A stretch of 63,345 nt of DNA, the filler included, from Choristocarpus tenellus KU-1152 (lineage: Eukaryota > Protista > Phaeophyceae): the NCBI GenBank assembly GCA_964200185.2. It is 9 parts of 9 records of this genome, joined end to end, with 100 filler letters (N's around TTAATTAATTAA, not from the genome) between each part and the next. Parts side by side here need not be neighbours in the genome. Positions count along the whole stretch, not along the records: positions 50,208 to 55,051 come from CAXNAD020012829.1; positions 55,152 to 59,999 come from CAXNAD020012808.1; positions 60,100 to 63,345 come from CAXNAD020021290.1; 6 more parts are not named here. One strand, written 5' to 3'. Shown here in pieces: positions 53,343-63,345 of this stretch. Each line of letters begins with the position of its first letter. Positions within the stretch are counted from its first letter, which is position 1. Both the position numbers and the translations under genes were made by a program. A model generated the notes under the pieces. That model saw only the letters and a program-made list of their open reading frames with translations, did no database searches and had not been told where the DNA came from.

Positions 53343-55151
53343 GGCACACGGTTACCAGTTGGTACTGTTGTAAGTGTCCATCGTCGAATAAATCAGGGAG
53401 TGCTACTGCTTGTATAGGCGTTCTTATTAATTCAAAATGCAAAATGCAAATCCTCAAATCTGTCTGTGTTCTCGATTGTGTTGGAGGATTGGAGGCTGGA
53501 CATGGCCATCTGATAACCAAACAGGGGGAGAACAAGTCTCTTGGCAACATTTCGCTCTCGTGCATGTGATAGGTGAAAAACGTTTCATCTCTCTACGAAG
53601 GTGTGTGAGATGAGGATCAAGAATTGTGTCCCACTTTTGGTGCCAAATTCACTTAGATAGTACTCGTGCTAGATCTATCTCTGTTAATCTTTTGCCAGCG
53701 AAGGGCCACCCTAAAACTACGAAGCGTGACCGTTGTTGCCTTTTGTCGCTAGCGTTATCGTAGATGTGGTGGCTTGTGTGTGTTTCCAAAGGAAAGTCGT
53801 GTGCTCTCCACATTCCCTTAATGCAATACTTCCCTCTGGTCTCTTCGCCTGTTGACGCAAGAAGGCTGGCCAACTCTTACAGTTGTCAAAAATGGAGTAT
53901 CTCCTCCCGCTCACACTTCTCTTTGTTTATGCGCTATACTTAATTGGCTACCCCGAGGTACAGAAATTGAGATACAGCAGTCTGTTGGTGTAGGACTCAA
54001 TTAATTTCTTAGTGGTTCTTTCTTCACTGCTCTGGATTTGGTAGAACCTGTTTCGGCTGCGACGTCCGTAATGCTTCTGAAGGAACTCTGCTTCCGAAAG
54101 AAGATACCTTAGCATTGCATATCGTATGTTGTGATATGTTCCAACCTGGCGCTGTACACAACTCGAGTGTGGAGGGAAGGGACATCTCACGAGGTTATTC
54201 TGCACTCCAGCACCTTATCATTCTTCTTGTGACACTTTAGGACCACTTTTATTGTCAATACAGAATGTGGTAGGAGGTTTCATCCCCAACTGAAGATGAT
54301 CATTAGTGCACTGCCCAACTGCTCGTATTGAGTCCTTCAACCCAATCTTCAACAGTCGTCCTCAACAGGTGGCTCTGTTTTCAAGCTGGGTAGAATTCGT
54401 GGTGCACGGAACACGGTTTCCACAAACCTACAAGACTCTTGTTGGAGTGGCTGTGGTGACAAAGAGGGTTGTGTAGGAATGAGGCAGCAGTAGCTGTGCC
54501 ATTTCGTTTGTGTCGTTGTGGTCGATACCCTCGACAATAGTCAACGGCCCCGCCACCAATGGAGGTCGAGACCGAAGGAGGAGAAGGAGGTGTGGCGAAA
54601 GGTGTCAAGGTTCCTTACCTTGAAGAGTTGGAGGTAAGTAAGATCCGCCTTTATGGGTATATTGATGTGTATGTGTGTGTCGTTCTGCACTAATGAAAGG
54701 AGGGAAACTTCAGTAGTTGGCTTTTCAAGAGTATTTTTATTTTTTTGATCTGATCTTTTTTTTTACCTAGCATGATCCCGCTCGCTTTTGTCGTTTTATC
54801 CTGCCTTTGAAGGGCGAGTGTGCCTTTTCCTCTCTTCAGTTGGTAGCACCTTTGCCAGCTGCGAAATATATATATATATATACATACATATGTTTTTTTT
54901 TGAGTTGTTGTAATTGCTGTTTTGTCAGGCGGGCGAGAACACCAAATGCGTAGAAGGGTTTGCAGGGTAAAATCGGAGGAGGAAGAGAACGGGAGGAGAG
55001 AGAGACGATTTCGTTCTTTTGTTGCCGATGGGGGTAAGGGCTACGGGGGGGNNNNNNNNNNNNNNNNNNNNNNNNNNNNNNNNNNNNNNNNNNNNTTAAT
55101 TAATTAANNNNNNNNNNNNNNNNNNNNNNNNNNNNNNNNNNNNNNNNNNNN

Positions 55152-55273
55152 CTGCCCTGAGTAGTTGAACTTGAACGCTTCCGTGAGCTTGCCCACATCC
55201 AGCTAGTGGGCGTGTTGTCGCCCATTGTCCGTGATCACAAACAGGACAAAAAATAAAAAAGCAAGCAAACACA

Positions 55274-55311
<38 letters not shown>

Positions 55312-57662
55312 ACACAAACACACACACACACACATGTAACAAGACAAGACAAGACAAGCAGATGTAGGACAGGGGAAAAGTCGTAGCATTTAAGCAAGAG
55401 GAAAGAGGGATAACAGAAAACAAGAAAGGTGGTGCGGCCGGGTTAAAGGGGGTACAAGTTTGTAGTGGTAGTGGTCAATAGGGGAAGGGTGGAAGGCGGA
55501 GAGCGCAACCCGTAGGCCCCAGTAGTGCAGGCCTAGTGTGCAGAGGTGACCCCACCACATCAAACGTAGCTGTAACATCTCCTCACAGAGGGGTTTTCAA
55601 AACATTTCACATGAGTTACACCTCAGGCCCTCGTACTTACCAAGAGGTAGCAAAGTTGTCTGGTGCACATCATGCACCACATAGCCCGTAGTGTGAATTA
55701 TGTATCCTTGAAGGTCAACAGGACTCTACCACAAGGTTAAGAGGGACCGCTGGCGGTACGAGGTATGAGGAGTGTACCTCATACCGTCAACATCAGCATT
55801 CAGTACACAGATACAACACCAAACCTCTACCAGCAGCATTTCATTCTTTTCTCAAACGCCTCCACAACCCCTCCTCATCCTTCTATTCTTCGAGGTTGAG
55901 AGCACGTACGAAGCATGTACCTGGGTTGGACCAATCTTGCCCTTGACAAGGTGATCCACCAACAACGTGAGGGTGGCCAAGGTCTCCCCAGGACGGAGCT
56001 TGTATGGGCACACAGTCAGGGGGGAATCAAGAGTAAGCTGGGCAGTCCTGCGCTGGAGAGAATTGACCCCAATATCTCCATTCTTCACGTTGTCATGTGG
56101 GCTGCACGTTGGAGCGAGGTTTAAATGGCAAAGATTTGAAATTAGCAATGGTGATGGGGGTGGGACAGGACAGGGGAGAGCAGGGAGTAGGTTCGGTTCA
56201 TATATGGCACAGGGGCCCACCATTAACTTTTCGTTTGAGGTGCTTTGATGTCCTAGTCTGGTGAGCAGTACAGGCACCACGCCTTTGCAATCGCATTCTA
56301 GCTATGTAGTCCAAGATCATCTTGAGACATGGAGTATGTGGGGGCAACCCAACACAGTCAAAATAGTTGGAGTTCCATGTGTGTTATATGTGTTTGTGCC
56401 GACATGGATGTCTACATGCAAGACTGTTGTTGGTTGTGCAGACATATAGTAGACAAACACAAAATATGCAGCACATAGTTTCACATGTAGTGATCAATTC
56501 CTAATTCTACCATAAAAAAAGTACACATAGTCCGTGTCCAAAGCACTTCATCTTCAAGGCAACACAGTTCGGCCGGCCATGCTCCTAAATCAAACAAGTT
56601 TACAAGACACGAAGGACACTCTGAACTGCTGACAATGCTCTTGTGCTTTGCATTCTCAGGTCAGAACTGCAAAGACATGGGATATGAATAGGGACATGCA
56701 GATAGGCCTCAAGTGAGAGCATACAGGCAAATGAAGTAGAAAATTGGCATTAATACACTGAACTAGAACCAACATTTCACAAAAGTCTGTGCCAACTCTA
56801 AGAGGAGCGGCACTACTATCACACATCACTGCAAAATTTGGCAAGAGATGAATCACAAATACGTAGCGGGAGTTAACTGGCCCTGATGCGAGGGGTGGGG
56901 GATCTGGAGGGGGTTGTCCTTGCCTGGCAGTGAAAACCCATTCTTTGATGAACACGAGCATTTTCTTCTCGTGGGACAGTGTGCTCTGTGTCGCATACTG
57001 AAATAGTTGCTGGAAGTCCCGCGGACTCACATATACCCTATGCAGAGCAAGCATCGACAGGGGAGCACAGGGGAGAGTTGGGGTGGGTTATGGTCGAAGT
57101 GGGCTATGCGAAAATGTAAGCAGAACAAAGCTGGAAGCACCAAGACTCAGGCACTGCACAGGGAGAGACCACTACCACTCATCCATACTTCTTGTTGCCA
57201 ACAAAATCGTTTAGAGGTAGAAAGGAATGTGATGAGCAAGTAAATTTGGATCACTCTGCTCTCAACATCCGCAATAGTTTCCTTACCCTCAGGTGGGACA
57301 AAAATGGCGGAATAAGGAACGGCTTTGAGTTGACTCTACTATACCAGCATGTTTGGGAAGTATTGAAGTCTCATGCACGGTATACAGGAGGTGACTAAGC
57401 TGCATTACGTGGGTGGGGAGCAAATGTGACGTGTGTGACCTTGCGTCTTGTACAGGCACCCCCGTTCCCTATTCGCGGTTTCCTCTTGCAAAATCCCGCT
57501 TCTACGCATCCCCATGTGGTCGCACTCGCGAGTATGACAACCTCAGTCGCCACGCCCAACGGCGTAATGAATTCCTGGTATTCAACACCCCAAATCCCTG
57601 TCGGTTGGTTAGGTGTGATGGAGCCAACTTGTACTCCTCAACGTGACCATCAATCTGGACTC
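55152..57662 (-). CDS. Multi-exon hypothetical protein, both ends unresolved
   Basis: Exons 57662-57542, 57335-57287, 57037-56924 (GC donor), 56082-55921, 55725-55641 and 55202-55152 are all phase-consistent and stop-free. A candidate first exon MAYGDLQVVVIQ at ~57824 could not be phased. Confidence 0.6.
55268..55333. repeat. (CA)n-rich microsatellite, intronic
   Basis: Direct observation. Others: (GATA)n/(GA)n at 50541-50585 and (TA)n at 54866-54882. Confidence 0.95.
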
Positions 57663-58471
57663 CTGGCGGCACGAGAAAAGGGTCCAGAAGTTGCACCATG
57701 TCATAAGCAACCAACCACCCTCAGCATCTATACCATACCCAGGCTCCGTTCCTCACTTGTTGGTGTAGCTTAGAACATTAGACGGAAGCTGGATGACCAC
57801 GACCTGCAGGTCTCCATAAGCCATGACACCCTCCTAGTCCTAGCAGCACTCCCCTGAGGCGTTAACTAGGCCAAGCCCCCTTGTTATATCGGAGCGTCGG
57901 CAAACAACGATGATTTTACAACACGGCAATACGTCGAAGGTACAACTCTTTCCAACCAATACCAAAGCGCCCTCCAACCTCCGATGGAAGACGTTTAGGG
58001 TTGTTCGTTGGAAAGTAACAAGGAAGTTGATACTTCTCTTGATCACTTGGAGCTTTAAGAGTGCCAGCAAAGCAAGCACTTCTAGAATGCACAGACAACG
58101 AAGACCACTAGAACTGAGGTCCAGCCTCCTGGTTCAAGCCCTACTTACTTGTGGGGCAATCTACCAGGATCAAGTCCCCATTATTGAAGACGATAGAGTA
58201 AAGGGGTTGAAATGCAGAACGCCTTCCTTCTTTTTGAATCCTTATCCAACTCCCTTTTCCATACCTCTCCTTACACAGAGGGAAAGCACCCTATTGGCCG
58301 TTTTTCCATCCTAGCACATCTACTCCTTTTGCGTGCAGCTTGCCTCTACGGCGTGGAATTTAAGCACATCTCTTAACCGTGATCTAGTTATCCTGAGTTG
58401 TGGTGGGAACGGGTGGGGGCTGAAAGCATTGACCAGCTTGTGTGGAGGACGGGCTTAGCAAACCTCGAATC

Positions 58472-58563
58472 ATGGCAGAAGTGGGGACGATCAACCACAC
58501 AATCTACGTCAGCAACCTCAACGAGAAGATTAAGAAGTCACTACTCAAGAAATCTCTCCACAG
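58472..58563 (+). CDS. U1A/U2B'' snRNP RRM protein, exon 1 only
   Basis: MAEVGTINHTIYVSNLNEKIKKSLLKKSLH followed by the donor gtatga. It matches the conserved U1A/U2B''/SNF N-terminus (NHTIYINNLNEKIKKxELKKSL). The paralogue cannot be told from this exon. Confidence 0.85.
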
Positions 58564-60674
58564 GTATGATTGCCTTGCTCTTGTGAATTGGGCGTCAACC
58601 CGACATAGAGCGATAAGAGGTTTGGCGTCACAGAGTTATTCGTCCCCAGCACCAACTATTGCAGCGGTCAAATTCTTCCCTTGGATAATTTTTTTCGACG
58701 CTTTTCCATCCGGTCATGTAGCTTATTCTGCACCTACCCTTTGGGGAAGTTGAGTATTTGGGCACTTGAAGAATCTGATCTTGATACAGTGTCTAGTGTT
58801 AATCTTGCATGAGATGCTTTGCCCTTGATATAAGTGCCGCCTTTTCAAGGTAACCCTCCCTTGATGTTCGCTTGCATGGCGCTCTTCCTGTGGAGGTAGT
58901 GCTTGTAGTAAGCACCTAGCAGAGTTCGAACTCCTTCGTCAGCATGGTCTCACGAGAAAAAACTCCATTACCTCCTTATTTCGTCACAAAACGACAAATC
59001 CACGGCATTACATCATCGTAAGGGTACTGAAATGCACTGAAGGTTGTAGTAGTGTACATGCAAAATCTTTTCATGTTATCGTAGCGAGATATTTGGAATC
59101 CCACGCGTACTAGGTACCATGCAGTTTTCTGTGCGAATAACCCTGAGATTGCAGATATGCTTTTATGATACTATCTCGAAATGCTTACCCCTGAGAAGCG
59201 TCTCTCAAATCACTTCACATTTGATGCGTGCAGTCGGGTGCAGGGAGGTCACACTACGGTGCAACGATAAAACTCCTGCTCCAAAACACATGTACATTGC
59301 CATCTTCCGAACCCGTACCTTTTACTGCACCTATACTTTGTACAGATACATATATACATGCATATTACAGATTCATCTAATTAATTGCTCAGTGGCTCGG
59401 GATCTATCGTTAGTTCTTGTATATCAAATGGGCCATGTGTTGCTTTTGCAAGGAGGAAGCACATGTTGAGTCCAAAGCGCCTCTCTCAAGTGTACACGAT
59501 GTCATGGTGGGAGAGCTTTACACTTAAATACCAACCGGTGATTTTATATATTGTCCCCATGTGCTCTTATTCCCCCTTTAACTACAAAGAGTGTTTCAAA
59601 TTTCAAATATCACCTTCTCCACAAGTACGAACCGTTTTTCATGTCTTTCGGTGTGGTCGATGCCATTAACTACATCTCTCGTGGGAGAGTAATAGCACCA
59701 TCCAAACGCCGCCCTGGATCTGTACAGCACATTGCAGTTTGGACTGCCCCTTGACGAGAATTTTCCAGGACTCTTCACCGGGTCCTCATTCAGATCGAAA
59801 GGTGGAAGAAATTAACAACCCAGAACCAGACCTTTCAGAACCATATAGCACACCAGGCTGACCATTTGGGGCCAATTTTTTCATTTCGCAATCTTTGTGT
59901 GATTTGGTTACATACGTCGGATAGATAATGTAAGTGCACTTTTCCTGGTTATGGCCCAGATGGACACCCTGGTGTAGACCCCCGGTTTAGACCCCCCCCN
60001 NNNNNNNNNNNNNNNNNNNNNNNNNNNNNNNNNNNNNNNNNNNTTAATTAATTAANNNNNNNNNNNNNNNNNNNNNNNNNNNNNNNNNNNNNNNNNNNNC
60101 CAAGTCAGCCTTTCTGTACGAGTACTTACAGGGACCTTATGGAATTCTGTCCAATATTTAAAAAGAAACAGAGAAATCAACGCTCTCTCGAGTCTATGTT
60201 AGGACTTCATCCATAGCAATAAGGGTGAACCGCAAAAAAATTAAAGTGACTTAAGAACAGCAAAATGGGAAGAACCTGGATTCCTATCAACACTTTGGCT
60301 CGAACCACATCACATGCACTAGACTTCTTCATATACTTTGTTCGGATTCAGAGGGGAGAGAAGGAACCAGGTTCAAGAACGCAGAGACTTTGTGACACTT
60401 TCTTCAAAGCTAAGGCATCAGTTTGGTCACCAGAGACGTCATTCCCTACAAACCAATATCCACTCTACTGTGACTCCAGCCTGGTCGTATACAAAGGTGG
60501 GCAAGGAGCAAGGAAAGAATCCCAAGGGACTGTTATTTGTATTGTGGTTGAGATGTACAGTGTGAACGCTTGTTCAACAGGAACAATCGGCCCAGGGGAC
60601 ACTGTTGTATAGTTAGTACAGGTATTGAGAAGAAAAGTATATATCGTGGGCACCAGAACTGTTGTAACGAAAGT

Positions 60675-60943
60675 GACCCAATGTATCTGGGGGGGGGGGG
60701 GGGGGGGGACANNNNNNNNNNGATGGTGTGGGGGAGGTGGTGGGTTGGCTACACCAGAGTATCCATTTGGCCCAAAACCAGGAAAAGTACACTTTCATTA
60801 TCCATCCAACGTATGGAACCAAATCACCCACAAATCGCGATATGAAAAAATTGTCTCCAAATGGACAGCCGCCGCCCCCCGTAGATACTTTGATTCAGGG
60901 TCAAGAACGGACGCCGGCACCCCCCCCCCAGATACTTTGACCC
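60675..60943. mobile_element. MITE family B, complete copy with a duplicated right end
   Basis: GACCCAATGTATCTGGGGG...CCCCCAGATACTTTGACCC with a perfect AAGT/AAGT 4-bp flanking duplication. A second TIR-like AGATACTTTGATTC lies at ~60884-60897. Confidence 0.88.
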
Positions 60944-61535
60944 AAGTTCTTGCAGTTTTGATGTTCGTCTTCTAACGCATTTCTTTGCATTTCTTTGATG
61001 TGTTACGTCTGTTGACCTCACAAGGAACCTCACAATGACTACTACTAGTGTTTGTAGTTGGGTGGGTGGGTTGCCTTCTGGGGGAATCTTTTGTAAGTTG
61101 ATGATCGTTCTGGATTGTTTAATGTGTTTTATTGATATCATCCCAACCTTTACCAAGTGTGTGTAAGTGTATCCAGGATGCTTGGAAGGCATCTGCAAGC
61201 TGAGGCTGTTGCGACTTCTGCCTTTCACACGAAGTACAATGTTGATATGTATCCACACTGGGCGTTTTCTTTCTTAGATGATGAGTCTGGATGATGTGGA
61301 ACGGTCCTCTGCCACGAAGGGATCTACCACCCCATCCTCAATATATCTCATCCCTCGCCATCATGTTCTTGGTCTGGTGTTTTTGCGGTACAGGGATTTA
61401 TGTATGGTGTGACAAGGCAAGAATTGCCCAATTTGGATGAAGTCTCTTTGGAGCCGCAAGATTTGTCTCACACTTTCCCTGCGCTTTTCCCATGTCCTAA
61501 GAGGTGTTCTTTTTAATTTTGAAACCGTACAGTGG

Positions 61536-61854
61536 ACAGGGGAATCCCCCTATCTTCGGAAAACACCACTATATATTTTTTTCTCTTTCTCACACGCATT
61601 TCTAAAACCTAGCCCTATCCCCAACTCTAACCCTAAGCCTATCTTGTGTGTGAAAAAATAAACATTCTGGGGAACTACTACCTCTCGAGTATCCACCACT
61701 TTCCAAGTATTCACGCACATTTCCGAATGTCTAACCTTAACCCTAATCCTGACCCTGACCTGTATGTAAAAAGTGTTTGAAGAAGCGAAAAAAATACAAC
61801 AGTGGTGGTTCCCCAAAACTGGGGCGGTTCCCCAAGACAATGGTGTTCCCCTGT
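61536..61854. mobile_element. Non-autonomous TIR element with internal degenerate (CCCTAA)n tracts
   Basis: ACAGGGGAA...CACCACT...TATTTTTT is mirrored by AAAAAAATAC...AGTGGTG...TTCCCCTGT. Telomere-like runs at ~61606-61640 and 61731-61760. Confidence 0.65.
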
Positions 61855-62185
61855 GCGCTTCAACGGAAGATTAACTATATTGCTCACTCACATCTTGCTT
61901 TTAAATGCCGAAGTGAAGGATGAAGAATATATTAAAGGGGTTGACCGTGAAGAGTGAAGATAGAGTTCATCTTGATTTCATTAAACCTTTTTGTATGACC
62001 TACAGGATGTCGGTGTGCAAAATAATACTAAGATGCTCGGGAGAGTGATGGAATTGATGGTCAGTGGAGCGATATGACCTTAGGAATTTCTGCTGACAGT
62101 ACCTTTCTACAAGTATTGTTGAGAAGCTTATTTTTTTGTTTTATGATTGTTTGAGAGTTAATGCTTGTTTTCAGCAAGGGGAGGA

Positions 62186-62480
62186 TGTCGAATAACCTAG
62201 TGTTATCCTTACGTTGTTTGTGCTGATACAAGTATATCACATAGGTTATATGTACGTTTATAATTGGTTAGGTATGATACAAACTACGTACGTACATATT
62301 ATTAATTGCCCGTCAACCATCCATCCATCATCAGTGACATGTGGATTAATGTTGACTTATTATATTTTATATACGTACGTACTTTGTGTCATACCTAACC
62401 AATTATAAACGTACATATAACCTATGTGATATACTTGTATCAGCACAAACAACGTAAGGATAACACTAGGCTATTCGACA
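62186..62480. mobile_element. Foldback element / long hairpin with ~108-bp near-perfect arms and TGT...ACA ends
   Basis: TGTCGAATAACCTAGTGTTATCCTTACGTTG... is the reverse complement of ...CAACGTAAGGATAACACTAGGCTATTCGACA with only about 3 mismatches. Flanks AGGA/AGTA. Confidence 0.9.
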
Positions 62481-63284
62481 AGTATACCGAACGTTGTGGG
62501 CGCGAGGCACCACGCAGGTCAGGATGCCAACAAAGCCCAGGTTGAGCAGATTCTTCACCCCAAAAAGGTTAAGAATTGGATTACGTTTCATAGCGATGGA
62601 GAAAGAAGAGCTGCAGCAGTGGACGCAAGAGAGACGTAGCGCAGTAGGACAGGACGAGGTTGTGTGAGTTGGTCAAGTGTAGAGAAGGTTCAAAACCAGT
62701 TAAAACCTTGAATTGGATTAATCGTTGGTTCCCGTGAGGTGCTCTGTGTTGAGACTTGAAGTATTGTAAAGTGAAGACGTGACCTAGTGCACTGAAGCAC
62801 TGGTGGAATTCTATGTGGTGCATCTTGTGAGCATGCTATATGAAGAGGCTGACTGGATACTGTGAGGTGCACTACCATCCATGTCCCCAAACGCCCATGC
62901 CGAGTCAACAACACCAAGGGTTGATTTGACACTATCAGGTTCCTTACATAGGGACAAGCCTTCGGCAAAGGGGAAGGGAAGGGCCTAAACGACGACGGTC
63001 ATTACGAAGAAGAGGTTGGGAGAAGGTGCTGGACGGATGAGACCCTTCAAACATCCTCGTGGAAATGACGGTAGAGGCTTAGAACCTAGCTTTTTTGCGG
63101 TCGTCTTCGCTTCTGCCAGAAAGGGTGGAGACGCGGAAAATGCAGCGCCATGTACTACGGGGCATGATGATGGCAACGAAACGTCCGCTCGTGGTGATGA
63201 CAACGTCGTGACAGAGGGATGCGATCGACTCTGATGATGCATCCGTCGTGGGGATCACCGAATCCTTCATGGAGGCATGCGTTA

Positions 63285-63345
63285 GAGTGAAAGTATCTCA
63301 AAGGGTACGAGTTTTGCCCTGTTTGTCCATTTGGGGCTTGGCTTC
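63285..63345. mobile_element. MITE family A, copy 4 (truncated by the window end)
   Basis: GAGTGAAAGTATCTCAAAGGGTACGAGTTTTGCCCTGTTTGTCCATTTGGGGCTTGGCTTC. Confidence 0.88.

Noticed and set aside
58880-58945. tRNA-like T-arm (GAGTTCGAACTCC); similar motifs on the minus strand at ~14125 and ~43265
   Set aside because: I could not fold a cloverleaf or find an acceptor stem. At most these are degraded SINE heads.
59551-59754. Candidate exon 2 of U1A/U2B''
   Set aside because: It lacks the expected FSQFG.ILDI...RGQAFV motif. The real exon is probably beyond the contig end.

Overview
This window is not one locus. It is nine eukaryotic contigs joined by artificial 100-nt spacers (44 N + TTAATTAATTAA + 44 N) at 16120, 20643, 32061, 40063, 45749, 50108, 55052 and 60000, so adjacency across spacers has no meaning. 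The genes are intron-rich (GT-AG, a few GC-AG). An EsV-1-7 repeat gene points to a brown alga or a close stramenopile relative (inference). Gene models I reconstructed by hand with consistent splice phases: a 12-exon EsV-1-7 zinc-finger-like repeat protein head-to-head with a COA7-like Sel1 gene, a myosin-TH1/PH-like protein, an RPEL-repeat protein, exon 1 of U1A/U2B'', and several partial unknown genes. The rest is mostly decayed transposons: CRE-like RLE non-LTR retroelements, two related MITE families with GRG/GAG ends and 3-4 bp TSDs, a near-perfect foldback element, and a transposase relic. The two most notable signals are (1) a spliced, multi-exon ParB-like gene (DGNHR motif plus a putative HTH) with tandem-repeat arrays in its introns, and (2) strong CpG depletion in gene bodies with CpG-rich 5' ends, which implies CpG methylation and CpG-island-like promoters. 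All family calls rest on motif recognition by eye; no database search was run.
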